DNA from: an uncultured Fibrobacteria bacterium
GTDB taxonomy: Bacteria > Fibrobacterota > Fibrobacteria > UBA11236
Reading direction: 5' to 3'
Assembly (NCBI GenBank): GCA_963716395.1
Contig: OY970309.1
Coordinates: 3,392,001 to 3,456,000, forward strand
DNA length: 64,000 nucleotides
Every line of letters starts with the position of its first letter. Position 1 is the first letter of the stretch. The notes under the pieces are model-generated. The model ran no database searches. It was not told the origin of the DNA and worked only from the letters and a program-made list of their open reading frames with translations. Shown piece after piece: positions 17,185-27,736 of this stretch. The position numbers and the translations under genes were made by a program.

Positions 17185-18804
17185 TCAATATTGCTTGCGC
17201 AGGCGCGCCGGCAGAATTTCCAACTGGTCGCGGTACTTGGCCACGGTGCGGCGCGCCACGTCGATGCCCTTGGATTTCAGGATTTCCACGATTTTCTGAT
17301 CGCTCAAGGGATGGTGTGCATCTTCGGATTCGATCAATTTTTTGATTTCGTCTTTGGCCGCCACCGAAGACACCTCGCTACCGTCGCTTTGCGCCACTCC
17401 GGCCGTGAAGAAATACTTGAGCTCGAAAATTCCGTGCGGCGTCTGAACGTACTTGCCATTGGTGACACGGCTCACGGTGGAGATGTGCATGCCGATTTTG
17501 TCGGCCACATCCTGTAAAATCAAGGGCCGCAAATGGGTGGCCCCGAGTTTGAAAAAATCGGGTTGGGCCTCCATGATGGCGTGCATGACTTTGAGCATGG
17601 TCGATTTGCGCTGCTCGATGGCCCGGATGAGCCAGGTGGCCGAGTTCAGCTTGGCGCGCACGAATTTCTTCTCTTCGGAATTGGCGCGGCTGCCTTTGCG
17701 CAACAGATCGGCATAGGCCCGCGAGACGCGCAGCGAAGGCAAGGTGCGGTCGTTGAGCATCAGAATGAGCTCGCCGTCGATCTCTTCCACCACTAGGTCG
17801 GGTATCACCGAAGCCGCCGAAGTGCTGCCCAGCAAGCGACCGGGATGAGGCTCCAAAGCGCCGATCTCCTTGACGGCGGCCTGGATCTGTTCGGGCGTCA
17901 CGTCGTATTTCTTGGCCAAGGCTGCTATCTTGAGCCGCTCCAGCAATTCGAAATCCTCTTCGACCATGCGCTGGGCCAAGGGGCCGATTCGATCGGTGCG
18001 ACGAATTTGCAACAGTAAGCATTCCCTCAGATCACGTGCTCCAATTCCTGCGGGATCAAAGGATTGCAGCACATGAAAGGCTTCCCGCACCTGCGGGTCG
18101 GAAGCTTCGAGCTTGAGGCGGTTTTCCAGCACAGCCTGGATTTGCAGATGGCGCGGATCGGGATCGGCCGCGGGCACTAGGCCTTCGGACGCGATGGTTC
18201 CGTACACGTCGCTCACCAGGTAGCCGCGCTCGTCGAGGCTGTTGACCAGATATTCGACCAACTCGGCCACTGCGGGCGTCACCTCGCGATCCTGCAATTG
18301 CGCCAGCAGGTGATCTTGCATCGACTTGGCATACACCGGCACCTTTTCAAAGCGCTCGTCGGGGTTTTCGAGTTCTTCACTGCGCTTATTGCCGATGTCG
18401 AAACCCTCTTCGAGATAGCTTTCCCAGTCGATTTCCTTGCTCTGATCCGACTCGGCGATGACCCGATCCAACGGTTCTTCTTCGCGCGGGGAAAATTCGG
18501 GCTCGGTCCCTTCGGATGGCGCTTCGGGTACCGCCGCCTCCTCTTTGGACTCGGTGGACTCGGGAGCCTCGGCTTCCGCGGTTTCGTCTCTTTCGGCGCG
18601 TTCGTCTTCGGCTTTTTTCTCCTCTGCGGAGACGGACTCGCCCTCCTCGGTCGGCTCCAAAAGTGGATTGGTTTCCAGCTCTTGCTGCACCAGGGCTTCC
18701 AACTCCATCGAGGTCATCTGCAGGAGTTTGAGCGACTGGATCATCTGGGGGGAGAGCCGCTGCTCGAGCCCCACATTCATGTTGAGATCCAATCCGAGAT
18801 TCAT
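17185..18804 (-). CDS. rpoN: RNA polymerase sigma-54 factor
   Basis: LSPQMIQSLKLLQM region I, HISTVSRVT HTH, RpoN box ARRTVAKYRD. Confidence 0.97.
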   Translation of the reverse strand: MNLGLDLNMNVGLEQRLSPQMIQSLKLLQMTSMELEALVQQELETNPLLEPTEEGESVSAEEKKAEDERAERDETAEAEAPESTESKEEAAVPEAPSEGTEPEFSPREEEPLDRVIAESDQSKEIDWESYLEEGFDIGNKRSEELENPDERFEKVPVYAKSMQDHLLAQLQDREVTPAVAELVEYLVNSLDERGYLVSDVYGTIASEGLVPAADPDPRHLQIQAVLENRLKLEASDPQVREAFHVLQSFDPAGIGARDLRECLLLQIRRTDRIGPLAQRMVEEDFELLERLKIAALAKKYDVTPEQIQAAVKEIGALEPHPGRLLGSTSAASVIPDLVVEEIDGELILMLNDRTLPSLRVSRAYADLLRKGSRANSEEKKFVRAKLNSATWLIRAIEQRKSTMLKVMHAIMEAQPDFFKLGATHLRPLILQDVADKIGMHISTVSRVTNGKYVQTPHGIFELKYFFTAGVAQSDGSEVSSVAAKDEIKKLIESEDAHHPLSDQKIVEILKSKGIDVARRTVAKYRDQLEILPARLRKQY

Positions 18805-18810
18805 AAAAAC

Positions 18811-19536
18811 TCAACCCAGGGAAAAAGATTTTCCCAAATAAATCCGGCGGGCTTCCTCGTCTTGGGCGAGATGTGCCGCCGTACCCTCGATGAGTACGCG
18901 GCCTTCGAACATGATATAGGCCCGGTTGGTAGTTGCCAAGGTTTCTCGCACGCTGTGGTCGGTGATCAAAATCCCCATTCCACGATCACGCAAGGTAAAT
19001 ATAACCGATTGAATATCTTCGACCGCGATGGGGTCGATGCCCGCGAAGGGCTCATCAAGCAGCAAAAAGTCGGGCCGCGTGGTCAAGGCGCGGGCAATTT
19101 CCAGACGGCGACGTTCACCGCCGCTCAAGGTGTACGCCTTGTGTTTGCGCAGATGAGCGATCTTGAATTCTTCCAGCAATCGCTCGCTTTCGGCGCGCCG
19201 TTCGCGACCGCGCATCTTTCGGGTCTGCAAAATCGCCAGCAGGTTTTGCTCCACCGTCAACTTGCGGAACACCGATGTTTCCTGGGGCAAATACCCGATG
19301 CCCAGGCGGGCGCGGCGGTACATGGGCAGGTGCGACACTTCGCGGTCGCTTAAGAAAATGCGTCCGGAATCGCCGCGAATCATGCCTACGATCATGTAAA
19401 ACGAAGTGGTCTTGCCCGCGCCGTTGGGGCCGAGCAGTCCCACCACCTCGCCTTGACCCACATGAAAGGTGACGCCGTCGACCACCCGGCGGCCGCCGTA
19501 GGTTTTGACCAGCGCCTCGGCGCGAATTTCCTTCAC
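18811..19536 (-). CDS. lptB: LPS export ABC transporter ATP-binding protein
   Basis: GPNGAGKTT, GYLPQE, LSGGERRRLEIARAL, LLDEPFAGIDPIAV, ITDH; directly upstream of rpoN. Confidence 0.96.
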   Translation of the reverse strand: MKEIRAEALVKTYGGRRVVDGVTFHVGQGEVVGLLGPNGAGKTTSFYMIVGMIRGDSGRIFLSDREVSHLPMYRRARLGIGYLPQETSVFRKLTVEQNLLAILQTRKMRGRERRAESERLLEEFKIAHLRKHKAYTLSGGERRRLEIARALTTRPDFLLLDEPFAGIDPIAVEDIQSVIFTLRDRGMGILITDHSVRETLATTNRAYIMFEGRVLIEGTAAHLAQDEEARRIYLGKSFSLG

Positions 19537-20717
19537 GATTTCCCCTTCCGCAGCGCCGAGGCGGTATCGTGCCGGGACGATCCGCCCAGGCTCTGCCCCT
19601 GATACACGCCGCGTGCATGGCCGTGGATCAACACCTGGTCCACCTTGCCGTTCCGGAAATCGAAGGCGATGGTGTCGCCCACCGCCTTGTTCTCGCCTTG
19701 CAAGGTGTCTTTTTCAAAATGATAGTAGGTGCTGTGGGCCCCGCCCACCACCTCGGCATCATGCACCTGCTTTTGGCGGAAGCGCAGTACCATGTACTCG
19801 CCATTCATACGGTTCACATAGGCCGGACGATTGACGTCGAAATAGGTCCCCACGGCTTGGCGGAACACTTGCACGCTTTCCACGGCGCCGCGGTGAAAAG
19901 CCATGAACAGCGAATCGCCGTCGACCTGCGATTGTCGCGCCGCGGTCGAGTCGGTGGCCGGCTCGCGCGATTGCGCCTGCGCGTCGCCCGCGACAAAAAG
20001 ACCGCGCAAGGTCTCCCCCGCGAGCCCCAGCCGCATGCTCAGCCCCTGCACATCGCTTTCAGCCACTCGAATGCGGGGCTGCCCGGTTATGAACAGGGAA
20101 TCGTCGCGTTGGCGGTATTCGGCGCGCGCGCAGGTGATGCGCATGTCCTGCCGCGTGATGACGACGTCGCCTTCGGCCAGCGAAATGCGGGTGGAATCGT
20201 TGGAATGCAGCACCCGACCGCGGATGAGCAAGGTGTCGGGCCCGCGCCCGCGCGCGCTGTCCTTGGCCGAGGTGTCGGGTGGATAGATACGCCGCACCAG
20301 CGGATCCCCCGTCAGCACGGCTTCATGCGTCAGCCGGTCATAGGTAAGGCGATTGCCCTGCCCCTCCATGCTGTCGGCGGTGTCGCGAAAAAAAACCTGC
20401 CCTTGGGCCACGGCGCGGTTGGTCGCCTTATCATAAGAGCCGAGATCGGCCGTGAGCACGGCGGTGCCCTGGGTGATGCGCAGGGCGGCTTCGCATTCCA
20501 CCTTGTTGGCATCGCGCTGCCACACCGCCCGCTCGGTTTCGAGCCGAAGGTTGCCGTGGCGAAAGCGCACATGCCCGGTCAGAATGTATTCGCCTTGCAA
20601 GCGCAAACCCTGCATATGATCCGCATTTTCCATCACCAGCGGTTCCGTATCGGCCGGGTTTTCGGGCGGCGATGCGACCGTACCGAGCGCGCACAAAGCC
20701 AGCCAAAAAAAGCGCAC
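19533..20717 (-). CDS. lptA: LptA/OstA-like beta-jellyroll protein (long form)
   Basis: Signal peptide and repeated OstA-type strands (LTGHVRFRH, AQGQVFF, AEGDVVI); lies between lptC and lptB. Confidence 0.8.
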   Translation of the reverse strand: MRFFWLALCALGTVASPPENPADTEPLVMENADHMQGLRLQGEYILTGHVRFRHGNLRLETERAVWQRDANKVECEAALRITQGTAVLTADLGSYDKATNRAVAQGQVFFRDTADSMEGQGNRLTYDRLTHEAVLTGDPLVRRIYPPDTSAKDSARGRGPDTLLIRGRVLHSNDSTRISLAEGDVVITRQDMRITCARAEYRQRDDSLFITGQPRIRVAESDVQGLSMRLGLAGETLRGLFVAGDAQAQSREPATDSTAARQSQVDGDSLFMAFHRGAVESVQVFRQAVGTYFDVNRPAYVNRMNGEYMVLRFRQKQVHDAEVVGGAHSTYYHFEKDTLQGENKAVGDTIAFDFRNGKVDQVLIHGHARGVYQGQSLGGSSRHDTASALRKGKS

Positions 20718-20720
20718 CGG

Positions 20721-21335
20721 TCAAGGCTCCGAATCTGCGGAGGCGGGATGGGCCGAGGTGTCGCGCGCCTTACGGATCGAAGAGGAATCCAAAGCGCGGG
20801 CGCGGGCCGCGGCTTTCTGGAACACACCATGAACGTCGGAGAGGATTTGCCAGTTGTTCAGGTTGGCGTCCGACACGAAACCCTTGCCCGTCAGTTCGTC
20901 GCCGTTTTCGGCGATGACGTGCACGCGCGCTTCGGTGCTGACCTGGTTCAGGCTTTTGTTCCACCGCAGGGAATCGGTGCGCAAATCCATGCCCTGGCGC
21001 GAGCGGCCGTGTACGTGCCCCTTGGCCATGAGAAAGTTCACCGCTTCATCCACCACGCCCGAATCGGCAATCACCCACACCAAAGGCGCGCCCAGGCTGT
21101 CGTAGACCACCAGATCGACGGGCGCCGCGCGCACCAAATCGGTATTCGGCCACTTCACCATGTACCGGGTTTTCAGCCGCCAACTCAGGCGCGACCCATC
21201 ATGCATGTCGAGCACGGTGGTATCGCGGTATACCGCCAGCGGGTAGGTTCGGATCGGAGTCTTTCCCTTTTCGGGGTGTCCTTCCTGCGAGCAAGCCATT
21301 ACACAAACGATCGCCGCCGCGGCTGGTATTCGCAT
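20721..21335 (-). CDS. lptC: LPS export protein LptC-like (lipoprotein-type N-terminus)
   Basis: Lipobox-like VMAC; ADSG, AKGHV, LRTDSLRWN, LTGKGFVSD resemble FCB-type LptC; synteny with lptAB. Confidence 0.8.
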   Translation of the reverse strand: MRIPAAAAIVCVMACSQEGHPEKGKTPIRTYPLAVYRDTTVLDMHDGSRLSWRLKTRYMVKWPNTDLVRAAPVDLVVYDSLGAPLVWVIADSGVVDEAVNFLMAKGHVHGRSRQGMDLRTDSLRWNKSLNQVSTEARVHVIAENGDELTGKGFVSDANLNNWQILSDVHGVFQKAAARARALDSSSIRKARDTSAHPASADSEP

Positions 21336-21388
21336 CGATCGAAAAATACCATTGCCTATCCCCCCCCATTGCTATATTTCATCTTCCC

Positions 21389-22789
21389 TTGAGACCCAAA
21401 AGAGATTTAACGCAAGGGGCCATCCTTCCCCACATCACGCGCATGTCTTTGCCGATCCTGATCGGCATGATGGCGCAAATGATGCTCAACATCATCGATG
21501 GCATCTATGCCGGCCATCTGGGCATGGAGGCCAGCGTCGCCATTTTGAATTACGGCTTTCCCCTGTTTTATCTGCTCTTCGCCTTTTTCAACGGCCTAAG
21601 TATCGGCACCAATTCGGTGCTGGCCCGATACCTCGGGGCCAAAAAAGAAGCCGAAGCCGAAAACGCCCTGGGGCAAATCATTTGGATCTGCCTGGCGCTG
21701 TTTGCGCTGGTGATCGTGGTCTATCCGCTGGCGATGCCGCGCTATCTGGTGTTTCTGAAAGCCAACGCCGAAACGACCAAATTGACCCATGATTTTATGA
21801 CCTATCTGTTCGTGGGCATGCCCTTTATTCTGGTCTCGCTCTCGCTGGGAGGCGGGCTGCGCGCCGAAGGCAATATGCGAACTCTGGCCACGTCGCAAAT
21901 GCTGGGGGTGCTGGCCAACATTCTGATCGCACCCTTCTACATCTTCGGCAGCTTTCATGTGCTGGGCACCCCGGTGCATTTGCATGGCCTGGGCTTGGGG
22001 GTAAAAGGCGCGGGCTTGGCCACCACCACTGCCAATGGCCTGGCCGCACTCTACATCATTCGCTTTTATGCTTCGGGCAAATCGCAACTGCGATGGAGGT
22101 GGAAGCCGAGTTGGGCCACCCTCCAAGGCGTGGTCGACATATTCCGGGTGGGCTCGCCCTCCAGCATTTCCCAAATCCTGATCGGCGTCAACTGGATGAT
22201 CATGACGCGCCTCGCGTCACGCTTCGGCGACAGCGCCGTGGCGGCCATCGGCATCGGCGGCCGCCTGGATTTAATGTCGGTCTTTCCTTCGCTGGCCGTC
22301 ATGGCGTCGGTGCTGACCCTGGTCGGCCAGAATTACGGCGCCGGATTGTATGACCGCGTGCGCGCCACGGTGCGGGTGGGCCTGCTTACCGCCTTCCTCG
22401 GCCTATCCTCCCTGGCTGTGGTGGTCTTTACCTTGCGCCACGGCATCATCAACCTGTTTCACCAGGATGTCCGCACCAGCGCGGCCGCCCTGCATTACCT
22501 CAGCTTTCAATGTCTGGGCTATGGCCTGGTCGGGGTCAACATCTGCGCCAGCGGCGCCTTTCAGGGATTGGGGCGCGGTCTGCCCTATTTGTTTCTCACC
22601 AGCATGCGTCTGCTGGTGATCGCCTTGCCCCTGGCCTATGTGTTTTCGCAGCATCTGGGCGAATACGGGTTGCACTATTCGCCCGTGATGGCCAACCTGG
22701 TCACGGCCGCCATCGGTACCGTCTGGATTCTCACCGCCGTGCGCAAGCTGTCCCCGGCGGCGGCTACGACGGTGCGGGTGGCGGAGTGA
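21389..22789 (+). CDS. MATE family efflux transporter
   Basis: DLTQGAI, NIIDGIYAGHLG, LRAEGNM, VGQNYGAG; about 12 TM segments. Confidence 0.93.
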   Translation: MRPKRDLTQGAILPHITRMSLPILIGMMAQMMLNIIDGIYAGHLGMEASVAILNYGFPLFYLLFAFFNGLSIGTNSVLARYLGAKKEAEAENALGQIIWICLALFALVIVVYPLAMPRYLVFLKANAETTKLTHDFMTYLFVGMPFILVSLSLGGGLRAEGNMRTLATSQMLGVLANILIAPFYIFGSFHVLGTPVHLHGLGLGVKGAGLATTTANGLAALYIIRFYASGKSQLRWRWKPSWATLQGVVDIFRVGSPSSISQILIGVNWMIMTRLASRFGDSAVAAIGIGGRLDLMSVFPSLAVMASVLTLVGQNYGAGLYDRVRATVRVGLLTAFLGLSSLAVVVFTLRHGIINLFHQDVRTSAAALHYLSFQCLGYGLVGVNICASGAFQGLGRGLPYLFLTSMRLLVIALPLAYVFSQHLGEYGLHYSPVMANLVTAAIGTVWILTAVRKLSPAAATTVRVAE

Positions 22790-23202
22790 ACGCCGCGAGC
22801 GGGCGATCCACCCTGCATTTGCAGGTGCGTTATTCCGAAACCGACGCCATGGGATTCGTGTATTACGCCCATTACCTGGTGTATTTCGAAGTGGCGCGCA
22901 CCGCGGCCTTGGCCGAGTTGGGGCACCCGTATTGGGAGATGGAAAAGGCGGGAATCTTCATTCCCGTGCTCTGCGCCCATTGCGACTATCGGAAACCCGC
23001 GCGTTACGGAGAGGATTTGGCCGTGCATACGTTGCGATCACGCCGCGGGCATGCCCGCATCCGCTTTGATTACGAGGTACGCGGTTCCGCAGACGCTCTC
23101 ATCGCCGCAGGATTCACCGAACACGCCTTTATGGACAAAAGCGGCAAGCCCATGCGGCCTCCCGCCCCCTTGACGGCTCTGTTTCCGCCGGCCGCGCCTT
23201 AA
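22786..23202 (+). CDS. Acyl-CoA thioesterase (YbgC/FadM/4HBT family)
   Basis: VRYSETDAMGFVYYAHYLVYFEVART; GTG start overlaps the MATE stop (GTGA). Confidence 0.9.
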   Translation: MNAASGRSTLHLQVRYSETDAMGFVYYAHYLVYFEVARTAALAELGHPYWEMEKAGIFIPVLCAHCDYRKPARYGEDLAVHTLRSRRGHARIRFDYEVRGSADALIAAGFTEHAFMDKSGKPMRPPAPLTALFPPAAP

Positions 23203-23365
23203 CATCGCGCGTGTATCCACCCGGGCGACCCGGGGAAAAGCTTGCGCGGTTCTGTCTGGACCCCGTTTTACGCTGAATTACCCGCCCACAAACTTGGGGA
23301 ACCTGGACGCGGATTGATCACCGACCGCGCCAGCCGGGATAATTTCTGCGTATCGGCGGGGGCCG

Positions 23366-25222
23366 ATGAATACGGATGTCGATGGATTGGAAATACCACA
23401 ACCTATCCGACGGGGGATTTCCTTGGGAGTGCCCGGCCATTTTCCCGGATCGAAAGCTACGGCGGGGATCCCGGCGATGAGCCCGGGCCCATCCGACGCC
23501 GATTGGGCGCCGCAGCTTCTCCGTATTCTGCACCTGGAAGACAACCCCCACGACGCCGAATACATTCACGCAGTCTTGCAAAGCGATCATTTTCCCTGCC
23601 GCATCCTGCGCGTCGAAGATGAAGAAGAATTCGTAAAGGCGCTGCAAGCCTTCAAACCCGATGTGGTGATTTCGGATTTCACCTTACCGCATTTCGACGG
23701 CTTGCGCGCGCTGCAACGGGTCCGCGAAGTCGCCCCCGAATTGCCCTTTCTCTTCGTGTCGGGATCGATCGGCGAAGAGTTTGCGGTGGAATGCCTGCGC
23801 CATGGTGCCCGAGATTATTTGATGAAAGACAAGCTCGCGCGCCTGCCCGCCGCCGTGCGCCGGGCTTTGGACGAAGCGCGCCTGGAAAAGGAGCGTGCGC
23901 TGGCCGAAAACCGTCTCCAACGCTTTGCCTTTTACGACGAGTTGACCGGCATGACCAACCGCGCCTATTTCCTGCAACAATTGCAAGCAGCTCTCGAACG
24001 GCAGCCCGAAGATGCGGAAGCGGCGCCGGCCGTCGTGGTGCTGGGTTTGGACGATTTCAAAACCCTTTGCGACGGATTCGGCTGGGAGGCGGGCGACGGT
24101 CTTTTGCAAATCGTGGCCGGTCATATCCGCAGTGAAATCCCGGCGGCCAAAGTTTTAAGCCGGGTGGGCGGAGACGAATTCGGGTTGCTGTTCGCGGGCG
24201 AACGCGCCCGGGATTTGCATGCGGTGGTGGAAAAAATCCGCCAGGCCTTCCGCAAGCCGCTGGCTTGGCGCGACCAGGATCTGTATCTCACCGTGGGCAT
24301 CGGCGTAGCCGACGCGCAGGCCGGCAAACATTCGGCCGACGAAATGCTGCGCGATTGCGAAAACGCCCTGCACCGGGCCAAGGCCACGGGCAAATCGGGC
24401 TGCGTATTTTTCGACCCCGCCATGCACCGCCAAACGGTCGACTTTCTCGCGGCCGTCAACGATTTGCGGCGGGCCGTGGAAAATCGCGAGTTCTGCGTGC
24501 ATTACCAGCCCTTGCTCGATCTGCGCACCGGGTCCGTGGCCGGATTTGAAGCGCTGGTGCGCTGGCAGCATCCGCGCCGCGGGCTGGTGCCGCCGCTCGA
24601 TTTCATCCCCGTGGCCGAACGCATGCAACTCATCGCGCCCATCGGTGCCTTTGTCCTGCGCGAGGCGTGCCGCACGGCCAAAGAATGGCGCCAAGGTCTT
24701 CCGCAACACCGCGGTCTGCACATGGCGGTGAACGTCTCCTCGCAGCAATTCGAACAAACGGATTTTTCCGAGGAGGTCGGAAAGGTGCTCGCCGAAATGT
24801 CGTTGGAACCCGAAGCGGTGAAGTTGGAAATCACGGAAAGCGGTTTTATCCGCAACCCCGAAGGCGCCATCGACTTGCTGCACCGCCTGCGCAACATGGG
24901 CCTGGATTTGTACATCGATGACTTCGGCACCGGCTATTCCTCGCTCAGCTATTTGCATCGCTTTCCGGTGCAGGCCCTGAAAATCGATTGCTCTTTCGTA
25001 AGCCGCATCGGGGCCGAAGGCGAGAACGGATCGATAGCCGCCGCTATCATCGATCTGGCCCACAACCTGGGTATGCAGGTGGTGGCCGAAGGCATCGAAA
25101 CGGAAACACAATTGGCGTTCCTCAAGGCGCGGGGCTGCGACTACGGTCAGGGCTATTTGTTTTCCCGGCCGCTCACGGCGGAAAACGCCTTCCGTTTTCT
25201 CGCCACCTCTGCGCTACCCTGA
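23366..25222 (+). CDS. Response regulator with REC-GGDEF-EAL domains
   Basis: REC (ILHLEDN, VISDFTLP), GGDEF (YDELTG, SRVGGDEF), EAL (FEALVRW, DDFGTGYSSL, AEGIE, QGYLF). True start may be the ATG near 23477. Confidence 0.92.
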   Translation: MNTDVDGLEIPQPIRRGISLGVPGHFPGSKATAGIPAMSPGPSDADWAPQLLRILHLEDNPHDAEYIHAVLQSDHFPCRILRVEDEEEFVKALQAFKPDVVISDFTLPHFDGLRALQRVREVAPELPFLFVSGSIGEEFAVECLRHGARDYLMKDKLARLPAAVRRALDEARLEKERALAENRLQRFAFYDELTGMTNRAYFLQQLQAALERQPEDAEAAPAVVVLGLDDFKTLCDGFGWEAGDGLLQIVAGHIRSEIPAAKVLSRVGGDEFGLLFAGERARDLHAVVEKIRQAFRKPLAWRDQDLYLTVGIGVADAQAGKHSADEMLRDCENALHRAKATGKSGCVFFDPAMHRQTVDFLAAVNDLRRAVENREFCVHYQPLLDLRTGSVAGFEALVRWQHPRRGLVPPLDFIPVAERMQLIAPIGAFVLREACRTAKEWRQGLPQHRGLHMAVNVSSQQFEQTDFSEEVGKVLAEMSLEPEAVKLEITESGFIRNPEGAIDLLHRLRNMGLDLYIDDFGTGYSSLSYLHRFPVQALKIDCSFVSRIGAEGENGSIAAAIIDLAHNLGMQVVAEGIETETQLAFLKARGCDYGQGYLFSRPLTAENAFRFLATSALP

Positions 25223-26119
25223 CGGGGATACGCCGCCCGTCGCTCGGGCGGCCGCTTCCAGCAATTCTTCCAGGGCCCGCAGCGAAGCGTCGGCCGGTTT
25301 CAGTCCGGGGAAGCGCTCGTAGGCGTAGTTCACGCCCGAAGAACTGTTCAACAGGTGGAGGGCCATGGTACCGCCCCCCTGGCGGATGGCCCGTATCACC
25401 GACGTGACGTCCCCGCCCTGGCCGCCCGCCACGCCCGGCACGGAGAGGCCGGGAATGAGCAGGGGTACTTCCTTTCCCTGCGCCTGCCAGAAAGCGACCA
25501 ATTCTTCCAGCTCGCGGGGATGGGTGGCCCCGACCACGGCGCCCATATCCTCACGGTCCCAGGCGAGCAGCTTGTGGGCCACCACGCGGTACAGAGGCAT
25601 GCGTCCTTCCGGACCCAGATCCACGATCAAGTCCTGGAAGTCGCGCGCACCGGGATTGGAGGTGCGCACCAGCACATAAACGCCGCGCCCCGGGCGCCCC
25701 TGGAAAGGAGCGATGGAATCACCGCCCATGTAAGGCGCCACGGTCAACGCATCGGCCGCAAAACGATCAAAAGCCATCTCGGCATAAGCCGCCGACGTTC
25801 GGCTGATGTCGCCGCGCTTGCCGTCGAGAATCACCAGCATGCCTTCGCCGCGGTAATCCGCCATCACCTGTTGCAGCGCCGCGAGAGCTGGAATCCCCTG
25901 GGCCTCGAAATAGGCGATGTTGGGTTTGACCGCCGCCGGCAAGACGCGCCGTTTGACCAGCACTTCGAGCAAGTCGGCATAAAACCGGCGTATGCGATCG
26001 GCCGGCGCACCCGTGCCGGGAATTTTGGCGAGAACCGGGTCAAGGCCCACGCACAGGAAATTGCCCGCGGCGGCGATGCGTTGACGTAGACGGAGATGAA
26101 AGGCGGGAAGGTCGGGCAT
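25214..26119 (-). CDS. pyrF: Orotidine-5'-phosphate decarboxylase (type 2)
   Basis: LCVGLDP, VKPNIAYFE, ILDGKRGDI, VRTSNPGA, GAVVGAT; start placed at the ATG at 26119. Confidence 0.93.
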   Translation of the reverse strand: MPDLPAFHLRLRQRIAAAGNFLCVGLDPVLAKIPGTGAPADRIRRFYADLLEVLVKRRVLPAAVKPNIAYFEAQGIPALAALQQVMADYRGEGMLVILDGKRGDISRTSAAYAEMAFDRFAADALTVAPYMGGDSIAPFQGRPGRGVYVLVRTSNPGARDFQDLIVDLGPEGRMPLYRVVAHKLLAWDREDMGAVVGATHPRELEELVAFWQAQGKEVPLLIPGLSVPGVAGGQGGDVTSVIRAIRQGGGTMALHLLNSSSGVNYAYERFPGLKPADASLRALEELLEAAARATGGVSPSG

Positions 26120-26242
26120 GGGCCAAAAAAATGGTTTATTCCGGCGCGGTGCGTGGCCTGCGGCGGATTCCCGAGCGGCCGCAGGATGTCGAAGGCCGCA
26201 TTCCTTTGGACCGCTGGGCAACCTTTATAAATTTCCTCGGAA

Positions 26243-27064
26243 ATGGAGGATCCCGCCGCCGAGAAATACAATGCAACCGTGACGGCCGTAACCCGCTTGA
26301 CGCCAGACTTGTTCATCCTGCGCGTCAAACCCGACCGTCCCGTACCGGCATTTGTTTCCGGGCAATACGTCTTGCTCGGGCTGTCGAGCAATGCTCCGCG
26401 GCGTGAAGGCAGCGAACCCGAATTCAAACCGCAAAAACCCGACCGCCTCGTCCTGCGGGCCTACAGTATCGCCTCCAGCGGGCAGGAAACCGAAGAGCTG
26501 GAGTTTTACCTCTCGGTGGTTGCCAATGGCTCGTTGACGCCGCGCCTGGTGCTGCTGGAACCCGGCAGCCGCCTGCATGTGGGCGAGAAAATCCGCGGCT
26601 TCTTCACCTTGGAAGGAGTGCCCTCCGAGCGCGAATGGGTGGTGCTGGCCGCCACCGGTACGGGCCTGGCCCCCTACCTGTCGATGCTGCGCGCGCAGGC
26701 CCATGTATCCCGTCCCTTTCGCCTCGTGATTTTGCAAGGCGCCCCGAAAAGCTGGGAACTCGGTTACCGCAACGAAATGTCGCTGCATGCCCGCTTTTTG
26801 CCCCGCGTAACCTATATCCCCTCCATCACCCGCGTGCGCGATGATCCCTGGTGGACGGGCGACACGGGCCGCATTACCCGCTACTTCGAAACGTCCGTTC
26901 TGCACGAGCGCCTGGGATTGTATTTCGACCCGGCCCGGACCTCGGTGTTTTTATGCGGTAATCCCGCCATGATCGAAGACGTGGGAAAAATCCTGGCGCC
27001 GAAAGGATATACGGTGCATAAGCCCGATACTCCGGGTAGCCTGCACACCGAAGAATACTGGTAG
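26243..27064 (+). CDS. fpr: Ferredoxin/flavodoxin-NADP+ reductase
   Basis: RAYSIAS, ATGTGLAPYLSM, FLCGNPAMI, C-terminal EEYW. Confidence 0.9.
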   Translation: MEDPAAEKYNATVTAVTRLTPDLFILRVKPDRPVPAFVSGQYVLLGLSSNAPRREGSEPEFKPQKPDRLVLRAYSIASSGQETEELEFYLSVVANGSLTPRLVLLEPGSRLHVGEKIRGFFTLEGVPSEREWVVLAATGTGLAPYLSMLRAQAHVSRPFRLVILQGAPKSWELGYRNEMSLHARFLPRVTYIPSITRVRDDPWWTGDTGRITRYFETSVLHERLGLYFDPARTSVFLCGNPAMIEDVGKILAPKGYTVHKPDTPGSLHTEEYW

Positions 27065-27067
27065 TGC

Positions 27068-27736
27068 ATGCGGCGCCTGTTTGTCGGCGATGTGCACGGC
27101 TGTGCGGACGAGTTGGAAAGTCTCCTCGATCGCTTCGCCTTCGTCCCCGGCTCCGACCAGCTGTTTTCGGTGGGAGACATCCTGGGCAAAGGTCCGAAGG
27201 CTCGCGAAGCCCTAAGCCTGTTGCGCCGCCTGCACGCCTGTACCGTACTCGGCAACCACGACGCCTTTTGCCTCGAAGGCGCGGCCTTGCCCGAAAACCG
27301 GCGCAAAGAGTCGCACCGCCGTTACCTGGATTCGCTGGGCTCGGGCCTGGAACGCAACGCCTGGCTGGCCGAGCTGGCGTCGTGGCCGCTGTTCCACGAA
27401 GAATCAGACTTGATTCTGGTGCATGCCGGCCTGGAGCCGGGGGTGGCTTCGTTGGCGCGGATGCGTCGACGCATCCTGCTCAATATTCGCACTTGGGACG
27501 GCGAAGGCGCGGATTTGAAATCTGAGTCGAACCCGCCCTGGTTCGAATGCGTCGCACCCGGAAAAACCGTGGTATTCGGGCATTGGGCCAAACGCGGCCT
27601 GGTCGATTTGCCGCTTTTCAAAGGGCTCGACACCGGCTGCGTCTACGGAAAATTATTGACCGGCTGGTGTCCCGAAGAAAATCGCTTGTATCAGGTTCCG
27701 GCGCGACAGGCTTATGCGCCCATCCGCGGCGATTGA
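27068..27736 (+). CDS. Metallophosphoesterase (ApaH/PrpE-like PPP family)
   Basis: GDVHGC, GDILGKGP, LGNHD, VHAG, FGHW, GLDTGCVYG. Confidence 0.9.
   Translation: MRRLFVGDVHGCADELESLLDRFAFVPGSDQLFSVGDILGKGPKAREALSLLRRLHACTVLGNHDAFCLEGAALPENRRKESHRRYLDSLGSGLERNAWLAELASWPLFHEESDLILVHAGLEPGVASLARMRRRILLNIRTWDGEGADLKSESNPPWFECVAPGKTVVFGHWAKRGLVDLPLFKGLDTGCVYGKLLTGWCPEENRLYQVPARQAYAPIRGD

Noticed and set aside
19569-21392. 607-aa + strand ORF, and similar long ORFs at 34121-36547, 42963-45050 and 47044-49326
   Set aside because: They overlap well-supported genes (antisense or out of frame) and carry no recognisable motifs.
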